A stretch of DNA of 64,000 nt from Sedimentisphaerales bacterium (GTDB lineage Bacteria; Planctomycetota; Phycisphaerae; Sedimentisphaerales; Anaerobacaceae): contig OY970194.1 in the NCBI GenBank assembly GCA_963708075.1, positions 4,544,001 through 4,608,000 of the forward strand, read 5' to 3'. Below, one piece after another: positions 52,806 through 62,478 of the stretch (position 1 is the stretch's first letter; each line of letters starts with the position of its first letter). Made by a program: the position numbers and the translations under genes. A model generated the notes under the pieces. It searched no databases and was not told where the DNA came from. It saw only the letters and a program-made list of their open reading frames with translations.

Positions 52806-53288
52806 TTAGGCACTTTTGACTTCGACTTTCTTTCGTTTGGCGCGGGCCTGTTCGCTCTTGGGCAGTCGGATCGTCAGCACGCCCTTGCTGAACTCGGCCT
52901 CGGCCTTCTCCTCGTCCACCGCCGTCGGCAAATCGATGATCCGCTCGAAGGCCCCGTAGGAGGTCTCGCGGTGGTAATAACCTTTTTCTTCCTTCTTCTC
53001 CTCTTTTTTCTTCTCGCCGGCGATGCGGACAGAGTCCTGGGTCACTTCCACGTCGATATCGTTCTGGTCCATGCCGGGCAGTTCCGCCGCGACAATGACC
53101 TGGTCGTCTTCCTCTTTGACATCCACGCTCGGGATGAAGTTCTCCGCGAACCGGCCGGCCTCGCCGAACGGGGCCATCCAGAAGTCTTCCATCAGCCGTC
53201 TCATGTCGTCGAACGGACGCATAAAGAAGCTTTCGGGTTCCCGGCGACGCAGGCCCCTGCTCGGTCTGAAGATATCCGGTAACGCCAT
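52806..53288 (-). CDS. Hsp20/alpha-crystallin small heat-shock protein
   Basis: PSVDVKE, AELPGM, ETSYGAFER, AEFSKGVLTIRLPK. Confidence 0.95.
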   Translation of the reverse strand: MALPDIFRPSRGLRRREPESFFMRPFDDMRRLMEDFWMAPFGEAGRFAENFIPSVDVKEEDDQVIVAAELPGMDQNDIDVEVTQDSVRIAGEKKKEEKKEEKGYYHRETSYGAFERIIDLPTAVDEEKAEAEFSKGVLTIRLPKSEQARAKRKKVEVKSA

Positions 53289-53601
53289 GGGTCACTCCCT
53301 TTCCAAAAAGCCCAAGTTCGTGCGTGTCGATGCCTGCATTATGGTCCATTGGAGTCTCCCGGCCTATCGGAGAATCCCCCATTTGAGCCGTGCCGATTGC
53401 CTAAGAAACTCGTAAATTCTCCTTGACGGGGTGCCGGGAATGGGTTTAATGGGGCCGGTTGCATGTAGGATGGGCTTTAGCCCATGCTGCCGTTGTTGTT
53501 CCACGCGAGAACCGACCGCACCGGCAAAAGCCCGTCCTGCGCGACTTGTCTCTTTGGAGACGGAAGTTGCAAGGATTCGGCATACTTGGAAAGGATTGCC
53601 A

Positions 53602-54381
53602 ATGCGGAGTGTGAAGCTTTCGACCGTGTTGATCGTGCTCGTTCTGTCCGGGGGGATAGCCTTGATCAGCGGCTGCAGCGAGCCGGACTTGCGGCGTCGC
53701 AACCAGATCCAGCAGGATGAAATCTCGAGACTGCAGAGCGAGTTGCAGGCCGCCCAGATGCAGCTCGATCAGCTTAAGCGGAAACTGCAGGCCTATGAGC
53801 AGACCGAAGGCGTCGAGGTCGATGCCCTTCGCCAGAAGATCGCCGCCCTCGAAGAGGAGCTGACCAAGAAAGAAGAGTTGATCAAGTCCATGCAGTCGCG
53901 GCTGATGGGCCTGACCCCCCTGCCGGTCGAGCTGAACGCAGCGCTGGAGGAGCTCGCCAGACAGCATAGCGACCTGATCGAGTACGATCCCAACCACGGC
54001 CTGGTGAAGTTCAAGAGCGACCTGCTGTTCGAGAAAGGCAGCGACAAGGTGACGACTGCCGCCGAGGAGGCCCTCAAGGCGCTGTGCGGGATCCTTAACT
54101 CCGAGCAGGCCAAGGAATTTCACATCATCGTGGCCGGACACACGGATGACATCCCGATCCGCCGGGCAGAGACCCTGATGCAACACCCCACAAACTGGTA
54201 CCTGTCCTCCCACCGGGCCATCTCCGTCTTGAACTCGCTGCAGGGCTGCGGCATCGCTCCGGAGCGGATGAGCACCCGTGGATTCGGCGAATATCGACCG
54301 ATTGCCCCGAATGCCCCGAGCAAGGGCGGCAATCCGAAGAACCGCCGCGTGGAGGTCTACATCGTCCCGGCGGGCACGTAA
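53602..54381 (+). CDS. OmpA/MotB-family peptidoglycan-binding lipoprotein with coiled coil
   Basis: Lipobox LISGC; DLLFEKGS, AGHTDDIPI, NWYLSSHRA, GFGEYRP, NRRVEV. Confidence 0.92.
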   Translation: MRSVKLSTVLIVLVLSGGIALISGCSEPDLRRRNQIQQDEISRLQSELQAAQMQLDQLKRKLQAYEQTEGVEVDALRQKIAALEEELTKKEELIKSMQSRLMGLTPLPVELNAALEELARQHSDLIEYDPNHGLVKFKSDLLFEKGSDKVTTAAEEALKALCGILNSEQAKEFHIIVAGHTDDIPIRRAETLMQHPTNWYLSSHRAISVLNSLQGCGIAPERMSTRGFGEYRPIAPNAPSKGGNPKNRRVEVYIVPAGT

Positions 54382-54406
54382 TCCCGTATAGAAGCAAAGC
54401 ACTCAC

Positions 54407-54437
54407 ACGGGCCCCGGACTCCGGGGCCCGTTTTGTT
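54407..54437 (+). terminator. Rho-independent terminator
   Basis: ACGGGCCCCGG-ACT-CCGGGGCCCGT followed by TTTGTT. Confidence 0.85.
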
Positions 54438-54579
54438 CCTGCCCTCTACCGCCACCTGTCCCTCTGTGATTCCCGCCTCCAGGCACGGCCTGAGTGTACC
54501 CAGAGCGCCCGGCATCTGACCGGCGGATGTGGTCGGAATATGGTGGCGGCGTGTAGCCGGCGTGTGCGGATCGCCCCTC

Positions 54580-54865
54580 TTTCGTCCCTTACGGGACTGG
54601 TTTTTATCCTTGGCCCCGGTTCCCCAGCGATGAATCGCTGGGCTATTCTCTATCGCCCTACGGGCTTGAACTGCGCCCGGACGGGTTGATCATTATCCCG
54701 CAGGCGTTGCGGCTATTGGCTATCGCCCTGCGGGCTGGGACTGCGCTCCAGTCCTCTTGCGTCGGTCCATCCGCCCCCACAGGGGCGATCGACAATAGCC
54801 CACCGTTTCAACGGTGGGTACCGATAGCCAATCACATCCCAAAGCCCCGCAGGGGCGAAAGAAGA
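54580..54865. repeat. Cluster of REP-like palindromic elements
   Basis: GTCCCTTACGGGAC, CCCAGCGATGAATCGCTGGG, GCCCTACGGGC, CCCACCGTTTCAACGGTGGG, GCCCCGCAGGGGC. Confidence 0.7.
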
Positions 54866-54951
54866 CCGGGGTGCGCTCTTGGGTCCGGTGGAATCGGAAC
54901 CCGCCACCGAATGTCGGCCGCACCCTGACCGGCAGAACACAGCCAATGGAG

Positions 54952-54980
54952 TTGACTCGCACGCGGGCAATTCCTATAAT
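54952..54980 (+). promoter_or_regulatory. Sigma-70-type promoter
   Basis: TTGACT-17 bp-TATAAT upstream of the 55070 gene. Confidence 0.7.
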
Positions 54981-55069
54981 AAGGGAGATTGTGCCTGCGC
55001 GTGGCCCACGTATTCGGATTTTGGCTTGGACGGCACTGTCTTAAGCCGTCGAGGGAAGGAGGCAACACG

Positions 55070-55873
55070 GTGAGAGTGCTCGTAGCGATTGCCATCAGCA
55101 CTATCTTCGCGTCACTCGCGCCCGGCGAAGTCTTCGTGACAGCATATCGCTGTGACGGCACGACGCCTTTGACCCTCAAAGATCCCAATGCCCCTTATGT
55201 GTACTCGGATATCATGGTCGGCACGAAGCTGGTTCTGATTGTAAGCTCCGACGAGTCCCGCACGAGAGACCCTTGGTGGGGTGCTTTGCTGTCCACGTGG
55301 GACAATTGGGAACGCGGTAAGCTGGCGGGCAGGGGATACGCCGCGCGCGATGCGGCGAGCGATGCGGGGATCGTTAAGGTCTGGAACTACTGGGATTCGT
55401 GCCTTCCCGCCGCCGGCAGCCACCCGCTCGCGACTCTTGTCGAATACCCTGAATTTGATCTCAACAGGGTCGGTTTTGATCTGACGACATACCCCGACGC
55501 CCTCGCAGGTGACTGGTTTGTCCTCGACTACGTCGCGGAGAAGGTTGGCTCGTCCCAGGTAGAGTGGTTCGACTATGCCCTGAGTTTCGACGTGCCGAAA
55601 GAGACGCTCTCCTTTACCCACGTTCCCTCGCGGGATTTCCAGGGCAACGGCATCGTCGATTTCGCTGATTTTGCCTCGCTGGCCTCCCGCTGGCGACAGC
55701 CGGTTGACCCCAATGCCGATCCGGCATCCCCGCACGATCTTGACGCGGACCACCTTATCGGCCCCTCCGATCTGGTGCTGTTCAGCGGATTCTGGCTTGA
55801 CCGAACAGACTGCGCCGCTCCGGCAGAGCCTAACGCTGCCCCGGCAGAGCCTAATACCCCTGCCGGACTTTGA
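55070..55873 (+). CDS. Secreted protein with C-terminal dockerin-like (EF-hand) domain
   Basis: AAGGAGG RBS, GTG start, signal peptide; DFQGNGIVDFADFASLASRW and DLDADHLIGPSDLVLFSGFWL duplicated motifs. Confidence 0.8.
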   Translation: MRVLVAIAISTIFASLAPGEVFVTAYRCDGTTPLTLKDPNAPYVYSDIMVGTKLVLIVSSDESRTRDPWWGALLSTWDNWERGKLAGRGYAARDAASDAGIVKVWNYWDSCLPAAGSHPLATLVEYPEFDLNRVGFDLTTYPDALAGDWFVLDYVAEKVGSSQVEWFDYALSFDVPKETLSFTHVPSRDFQGNGIVDFADFASLASRWRQPVDPNADPASPHDLDADHLIGPSDLVLFSGFWLDRTDCAAPAEPNAAPAEPNTPAGL

Positions 55874-56060
55874 GCTCGAGGATTCAACGTCCTCTTTCAT
55901 ATAGCGCAGCAAGAAAATCTGACAAAATTCCCAGATAGGCATCCACATTTCTGCACTCTCAGCCGCCATTGCATTGGCTAGTTCTATGATCAGGTAGACT
56001 CGAGTGGCGTCTTTGCCGATAAGTAGTCCCTGCCAAGATACGTGACTACAAAGGAGGAGT

Positions 56061-57850
56061 ATGATGAAAGCGCGATTTTTGTTGCCAGTGGTTGTCCTGT
56101 CGTTGTCCCTGACCGCCGTAGCATCGGGCCAGCGGACCCTTCAATCCGATGAGATTCTCCAGGTTTTCCACAAACTGACCAGCCAGCCTCGCAATACCTG
56201 GATTCCCGCAGGCACGATCGAGGCTACGCACCGTGAGCAGCGAGAGCCGAAGATCACGGACTCCACGGTCCTCCGCGATGAGATCGACAGGCGAGTCAAG
56301 GAGTACAAGGACAAGCCCAACAAGATCGAATTGACGGACGAGTTGCAGAAGATGAAGCTCGACGCCATCCCGTTCAACGTGCGTTTCAAGCTCGCCAACA
56401 AGCACACGATGGACTCCACGGTGGTCGTAAAGTGCGATGGGGAAAGGTTCTACTGGGAGACCAATGTGGATTCTCGCCAGGATTCCGTAATGCCCGATTG
56501 GAGCCTGGCGGGCAACTTCATGACGGAGCAGTTCGACCTGCCTTTCAACCGAAAGAGTGTCTTTGCATGGGACGGCGATGAATACGTCACCTACACGGTT
56601 AGCGGCATGTTCGCCACCGTGGATGCCGCGGGCCGGCTGCCGCGTGCGGTCAACGGACCGCTGACGGCGGGCATAGTTCCCTGGGGTTATGGCCGATTCA
56701 CCTATAACAATCTCCTTCTCGCCGACGCTTCGGCAATGGAGTTGGCCTTGAACGGCGAGAGCCTGATCCTGATGTCTCTCGACTGGGCCGATGGCTCGTC
56801 GGCGAGCCTCACTCTCGATCCCTCCAAGGACTACGCCGTGATCGCCTGCACCCTTCCAGCGGGCAGAGAACCAGGTGTCCGTCAATGACTATGGGGATTA
56901 TCGCCTGGTGGGCAGCTACTGGGTCCCGGGGACCATCTTCATGGAGCGTCGCGATGCAATCACAGGCAAGCTGCTGGGCTCGGACCAGTGGACCCTGGTC
57001 ACTGTCGACGGCACGGTTCCTCCTCCCGGCAGCTTCACCGTTGAGTACGAGCCAAACGCATTTATCCAGTATTTCTCGAACTTGACCACAGAACCGACTA
57101 CGTTCCTTTACTCGAGTTCGATGGACATGCGCCGGCTTCTGGCGGATCGGCTCGCCTACATCGCCTCCGAGGGCAAGCAGCCGCAGAATTGTGCCACTGC
57201 GGCCGTCGGCTACGTAGCGTCCCGACTGGGCAAGACCGTGCCGGACGGCACGCTGGCGACCCTCGTCAAGTCCGGCGGACAAACCACCCTGTCCAGCATG
57301 AAACAAGCTGTCGAAGGCCTCGGCCTGTATTGCAGGGCTATCCAGGCCGATCTGGCAAGCCTGCAGGACCTCGGATCCGCCAAAACGATCCTACACCTGC
57401 CGGCAGAGAACCATTTCGTCGTCCTCGATTCGATCGACAATGGGCGCGTCCAGATCGTCGATCTGTCCGACAGCAAGTTCTGCTATAGCGACACCGTCGA
57501 TTCCTTCAAGCAGCGGTGGTTCTCAGGGACCGGCTTTGCTGGTTTCCTCCACGCCGATCGCCGGGTCTTATGCGAAGGTCGATGACGCAGGTCTTACAAC
57601 GGTTCTCGGTGGTTGGGGCTGGGCCTGCACCAAGCTCCTACAAAGTGAACACTACTATCTCTGCGATCCACCCTGCTGCGGCTACTTCACATGGTACTGG
57701 GGGAGATATGGCTGCCAGACAGCCGAGAGCGGCACATGCTCCAACCAGGTACTCGTTCGATTCCAGGAAATGGCCTGTGTTTTCGATTTCTATCAAGACT
57801 GCGTGGGGGATGGGCGCTGGTACTTTTATAACATGCTTGCCTGCAAGTGA
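56061..57850 (+). CDS. Secreted C39-like cysteine peptidase fused to a double-glycine leader and a Cys-rich tail; frameshifts near 56862 and 57532
   Basis: AAGGAGGAG RBS; signal peptide; QPQNCATAA (Cys), TTLSSMKQAVEGLGL, ILHLPAENHFVVL (His), FKQRWFSGT-ALLVS; then VDDAGLTTVLGG and 78 aa with 9 Cys. Confidence 0.75.
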
Positions 57851-57897
57851 GCCGTACGCCTTGATCTTGCGCACGGAGGCACTACAATAGCTAGGCC

Positions 57898-58695
57898 ATG
57901 AAAGGTACCGGCCTCACACTTGTCGAGTTGCTTGTCGTGCTTTCGATTACCGCCTTCCTGGCGGCCCTGCTGCTCCCCGCCTTCCACAAGTCGCGGGAGC
58001 AGGCGAAGGCCACGACCTGTGAGGCCCGCGTACGGCAACTGGCCTTCGCGCTGCATGCCTATGAAGGGGACAACCTGTCGTTTCCTTATGGATTTGGCGG
58101 CCCCCGCAAGGTGCCTCCACCGGGCGGCTACCCGGGCAGCGCGCTAATCGATCCCCTGGGATGGTGGTGGTTCAACTATATCGGCGCAGTCCACTACAGG
58201 ACGGCCAGGGATAAGGACGCGCTGCGGTGTCCATCCAAACGACTCGAGGATGCAGCGCTGCAGCGGGACATCCTCTGCGGCAACTACGGGGTGAACCGCG
58301 CCATCTGCAAAAGCGCCAGCAGCAGTAAGCCTGACAGCGAGTTCGAGGGGATTCCTCTATCCATAGGCGCCATCCGTCACCCGGCATTGACCTTGCTCGT
58401 CATGGATAGCGGGTACGGCCTGATCTGCTGGTGGCATGCGACAGAGGCCCCCCCGGTCACATTCGGCAGCACGATCCAGGACACCGCCTATGTTCCCGGC
58501 CTGGAGATCAACAAGCTCAAGGCACTCTGGCCCGGACAGGCTCGCGACGCCATTGACGACGGCCGGCATCTCAACAAAACGGTCAACATTGCCTTTGCAG
58601 ATTCTCACGTGGAACGAAGGAGGGCCCACGACCTGCTCGTGGAGAAAACGGACGAAGGCGGCTGGGACTACAGTCCTCTATGGTCGTCCGAGTGA
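57898..58695 (+). CDS. Prepilin-type N-terminal cleavage/methylation protein (DUF1559-like)
   Basis: G/LTLVELLVVLSITAFLAALLLP...REQAK...C; NYGVN; RHLNKTVNIAFADSHV. Confidence 0.9.
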   Translation: MKGTGLTLVELLVVLSITAFLAALLLPAFHKSREQAKATTCEARVRQLAFALHAYEGDNLSFPYGFGGPRKVPPPGGYPGSALIDPLGWWWFNYIGAVHYRTARDKDALRCPSKRLEDAALQRDILCGNYGVNRAICKSASSSKPDSEFEGIPLSIGAIRHPALTLLVMDSGYGLICWWHATEAPPVTFGSTIQDTAYVPGLEINKLKALWPGQARDAIDDGRHLNKTVNIAFADSHVERRRAHDLLVEKTDEGGWDYSPLWSSE

Positions 58696-60377
58696 TTCTG
58701 CGATTCAGGGAAGAGACGTTGGATATCGAGCTCCACCTCCTGCCGGGTCGGATACTCGAATCTGTACGTGTCCATCAATTGCCATTGCTCTTCGCCCGGC
58801 ATCAACCGGGACGATTCCATCCTTTGGGGTAATCCACTGTCAGGATCGAGGAAGGCTTTCAGCCTCTTCTGCATCACGAGGCCATTGGAGGCCTTGCTGT
58901 CCCAGGTGTATTCATGGGCCGCCTCGCCCTGCCCAATGCCTTCGGCAGCATCAAGCGCCAGAGGCTGCAACCTTCCATCCCTGGGAGTGTCGCCCAGCGC
59001 TCGTCCCAGAGTAGCATTGATGGCCTTCATTATGCTCGTGTGTTCATCCTGCGTCAGCAGGGCTCGCTCGGGTGTCCCCCGGCCCGAGAGACGGACTATT
59101 ATCTCGCGGCTTGTGAAATCACAGAGCGTGTCACCCCGCGCGTCTCTCAGCGCCACTAGTCCTGAGCCACGCGCCATCAACAACTCTTCCACCAGTGTCC
59201 CATCGGGCCCATACCGCGTCAGATGAAGGTTTTCGATGCCCATGATGGTGTCGGAGAGTTGTTGCACTCTGACAGCGGATGCGGGCTGGATATTGACGAA
59301 CAGGGCAATGGCCAGGGGAATCATCGCCGCGGCCAACAGCCCGGCTTTCAGGACCGGCCTGAATTGCGGGCTCCCCAGCCTTCGGCCCAGCGCCTCGCGG
59401 ACCCCGGCGATCGGCAGAAGCCGCGTCGTGGCCGGCTCCGGCTCGCGATGGGCCACTTCCACGTGGATCGGATACGCGCTGTAGAGGCTCTCCTCCACCT
59501 CTGGGCCGCCCTTTACGGCCTCGCTGCCGGTCGTATAGACGGTGGAGACGCCGGAATCGACCCGCTCGGCCACGCCGTAGATTGTGCGATGCAGCACCTG
59601 CATCCGTTCGATGCATTCGGGGCAGGCCTGAAGATGGGAAGGCATGGCCTCGTCGCCGTCACAGACGTGTTCATGGTTGCCGTCGGTCCGGCCGTACGGC
59701 ACCACCCACTCGAATAGATCGGCCGTCGAGATCCCGCTGCAAAGGCCGACGCCCGGGATCGTGTCTCCGGGTTGCCGGCCGGCCAGGATCTTCTCGCGAC
59801 ACCGGTGGACCCGCCTGCGGCACCGTGGGCAGGCACACATGTGGTCCAGTATTTTCGCGTCGATGCCGTCAAAGGAGGCACAGGCAAAGGCCCAGGTCTT
59901 CGATCTCGCCCGCCGGCAGATCTGCGGGTCGCCGCCGGAGACTGCCGCATACAGTCGGCTCAGCCGCGCCAATTGCTCGGGCCGAAGCTCCAGCTCGCGG
60001 ATCACCTCCAGGTCCCCGGTGCACCGCCGGCAATGATCCACATGAACGGTAATGGGCGTGGGAATCCGGATCTCTAACGAAGGCACTAGCAGCGCGGGAA
60101 GGAAGGATTTGGCCTTTGCGCACGTGATATCCTCGCCGAGATGAGCGAAGTGAAGGCTTAACGCCCCGACGACATCCGTGCCGCCCTCAGGCGTGCGATC
60201 CTGGGCCTCGGACTCAGCAATGGCAGCCTCCAATTGCCGAATCTGCGTCCGACAGTGGGCACACTGCCGGATGTGGTCGGCCACGGCTCGCGGAATATCC
60301 GCATCGAGGCCACATAGATAATCGTAATAATGTGGCTCGGCGTCCGTGCAAAACATGCTTTGGCCAAAGGTGACCAT
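58668..60377 (-). CDS. Anti-sigma factor with four zf-HC2 (ZAS)-like motifs, one TM and an extracytoplasmic domain
   Basis: HIRQCAHC, HVDHCRRC, HMCACPRC, HLQACPEC; TM AGLLAAAMIPLAIALFVNI; directly downstream of an ECF sigma. Confidence 0.8.
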   Translation of the reverse strand: MVTFGQSMFCTDAEPHYYDYLCGLDADIPRAVADHIRQCAHCRTQIRQLEAAIAESEAQDRTPEGGTDVVGALSLHFAHLGEDITCAKAKSFLPALLVPSLEIRIPTPITVHVDHCRRCTGDLEVIRELELRPEQLARLSRLYAAVSGGDPQICRRARSKTWAFACASFDGIDAKILDHMCACPRCRRRVHRCREKILAGRQPGDTIPGVGLCSGISTADLFEWVVPYGRTDGNHEHVCDGDEAMPSHLQACPECIERMQVLHRTIYGVAERVDSGVSTVYTTGSEAVKGGPEVEESLYSAYPIHVEVAHREPEPATTRLLPIAGVREALGRRLGSPQFRPVLKAGLLAAAMIPLAIALFVNIQPASAVRVQQLSDTIMGIENLHLTRYGPDGTLVEELLMARGSGLVALRDARGDTLCDFTSREIIVRLSGRGTPERALLTQDEHTSIMKAINATLGRALGDTPRDGRLQPLALDAAEGIGQGEAAHEYTWDSKASNGLVMQKRLKAFLDPDSGLPQRMESSRLMPGEEQWQLMDTYRFEYPTRQEVELDIQRLFPESQNHSDDHRGL

Positions 60378-60387
60378 TTACACTCCC

Positions 60388-60966
60388 TCACTCAACCGCC
60401 AATTTCCTCCTGAGCTCTCTCAGGCCCGACGTCAGATAGCGGCTGACGCTTCGCCTGTCGATGCCGATCTCAGCCGCGATCTCCGCAATACTATAATTGT
60501 CCCGATACCGCAGAGTCATGACTTGCGCTTCCCTTCGTCGTAACTTTCCGATCAAGCACGCGAATACGGAACTCTTCTCTTCCGTTTCCTCTGATATGGC
60601 GTCTTGTGAGGGGTCATTGTAGATAACAATCTGGCTTCTTTCCGCATATTTTTTCAAATGGCGATGTTCCTGTTCCTGCTCTCGCACCACATCGACGGCG
60701 TCACGGAGGATCGTCCGATATAGGTACCCTCTGATGTTCTGCACATCGGCCGGCACGGGTCGATCGACAAGCGTCAGGAACAGTCCCTGGAACAGGTCCT
60801 CCCGGCGTGACGCGTCACGGACGCGCAGGCGGATGAGGTTACGGATGAAACTGCCGTGCTCGGCGAAGATCTTGACCGCCGCTGCCACGGCCTCCCCCTG
60901 GTGTTCGGTGCTTATGCCATACTCTCTCACAGGTGCCCACTCCAACTCCCTTCCACGCTCTGACAA
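60388..60966 (-). CDS. ECF (sigma-70 family) RNA polymerase sigma factor
   Basis: REDLFQGLFL, GYLYRTILRDAVD (region 2); LRYRDNYSIAEIAAEIGIDRRSVSRYL (region 4). Confidence 0.88.
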   Translation of the reverse strand: MSERGRELEWAPVREYGISTEHQGEAVAAAVKIFAEHGSFIRNLIRLRVRDASRREDLFQGLFLTLVDRPVPADVQNIRGYLYRTILRDAVDVVREQEQEHRHLKKYAERSQIVIYNDPSQDAISEETEEKSSVFACLIGKLRRREAQVMTLRYRDNYSIAEIAAEIGIDRRSVSRYLTSGLRELRRKLAVE

Positions 60967-61018
60967 TCACCGACGCAGATCGTCGAAGAGATACATACAC
61001 CGGGTCACGACCACAGTT

Positions 61019-61046
61019 ATTATAGCCCCTGGCCAAACATTGTCAA
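61019..61046 (-). promoter_or_regulatory. Near-consensus sigma-70 promoter for the ECF/anti-sigma pair
   Basis: TTGACA-16 bp-TATAAT on the minus strand. Confidence 0.75.
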
Positions 61047-61317
61047 TCGAATTCGAGGCCGGTGCTGCCTTAAACTGGGCAAAATACACAGTTTACATCA
61101 GGCAACCAGTCCACGCGAAATCCTGCGCCACGACGTTGATGGCACGCCCTGGGATCGACACAAAGGAATTGTCGGTTCTTTTTGAGAATTGCATCCACAT
61201 TTTGTGTCTGCCGGTCGCTTGATCGTGTAATTGAACGCAGCGAGGGAGTATGTGCGACGCAGCGGAAAGCCAGGCCGGCGTGCTTGGAGCGATTCAGCCT
61301 CCCTGGTTGGCAACCGG

Positions 61318-61737
61318 ATGGCGTTCAGTGTGCTCGATGACAAGTCGAAAAGGCCGGATGACGGCATGCTTGCGGAAGTGCTCGGGGACTGTAAAGGGCT
61401 CTGGGACACGATTCTCGCGCATCTCGCCCAGGAGTATCCGGGCGTGCAGAACGAGTGGAGCTTCGCGGGCACCAAGTACGGCTGGAGCCTGCGCCCAAAG
61501 CACAAGAAACGCACGATCCTGTACCTGACGCCCCACGAGGGCTTCTTCACGGCCGGTTTCGCTCTCGGCGAACGGGCCGTCGCCGCCGCTGAAGAGAGCG
61601 CCCTGCCCACCCCTATTCTCGACGCGATCCGCAACGCCCCGAAATACGCCGAAGGCCGGGGAGTGCGGATCGAAGTCAAGCGCCCCGCCGACCTCGAAGC
61701 CATCAAGACCCTGGTCAAGATCAAGATGGCCCACTGA
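61318..61737 (+). CDS. DUF3788-like protein
   Basis: EWSFAGTKYGWSLR...KRTILYLTP, APKYAEGRGVRIEV, LVKIKMAH. Confidence 0.8.
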   Translation: MAFSVLDDKSKRPDDGMLAEVLGDCKGLWDTILAHLAQEYPGVQNEWSFAGTKYGWSLRPKHKKRTILYLTPHEGFFTAGFALGERAVAAAEESALPTPILDAIRNAPKYAEGRGVRIEVKRPADLEAIKTLVKIKMAH

Positions 61738-61813
61738 CCCTTCACCACGGCCTTCAAGCCAGCGAAGACCGCCTCCTGCGATGGCCGGACCCCTTAAAGC
61801 CGCTCTACTGCCG

Positions 61814-62429
61814 TCACACGAGCTTTCGCAATCTCCAACCGGCGGCAGCCAAGCCAAGTATGCCCAAAATGACTCCCCCCTGCAACGGCACAGCCGAAAC
61901 GTGAAACGAGTCAGTGAGGCTCGGGGGATCGGTCAAACCCGTGTTCATGCGAACATCGAAACCTACCATTGTCAGAGATGCCTCAGCCAAAAAGGGCAAC
62001 TCCAGCCACGCGGATTCACCGGCTGCGATTGACACCCAGTCATCATCATCAGGTGTCACAGCATTCGTAACCAGGCGAACTTCCCATGTGCTTTGATTGT
62101 CATTTGCAAGGAAGGCACCGAAGCGATCATAAGTCCCAGTCCCGAAACTACCTGTCGTTCCAATTCGCATCCAGCTCAAATCGCCGCTGAGAACCGCCCA
62201 CAAAACCGACCTCGCCTTGCATTGCCGCTGGATATTCGGTGGCCGCATACACGGGGCTTTGGTATTCCCATCCAGTACCATTGAAGACGCCCATCAACAG
62301 CCCGGAACTGCCGTCGGCAGGGAGCTGAAGAAAATCCAACGCTGTTGCATAGTCGAGGGTATACATCCCGGCAGACGCTGACCCGGCAAGCAGACAAATC
62401 ATCAAGACTGACAGTAAGACCCGTTTCAT
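61814..62429 (-). CDS. PEP-CTERM-type (VPLP-like) surface protein; frameshift near 62185
   Basis: Signal peptide MKRVLLSV...ASA; C-terminal AVPLQGGVILGILGLAAAGWRLRKLV. Confidence 0.75.
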
Positions 62430-62478
62430 TTTTTCTCCCTTTCACTTCCTCAAATGAGCATGATCCACTGTGATGTTC

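Noticed and set aside
53290..53600. CIRCE or sigma-54 element upstream of hsp20
   Set aside because: No adequate match to TTAGCACTC-N9-GAGTGCTAA or TGGCAC-N5-TTGC
5838..62281. Frameshifts in about ten genes (S8, CsgG-like, wza, SYLF, htrA, PDZ, HEAT, C39, CTERM) as programmed frameshifting or mass pseudogenisation
   Set aside because: Single-base shifts scattered over unrelated genes, several at short homopolymers, with otherwise intact sequence; most simply explained as long-read assembly errors, pending read inspection
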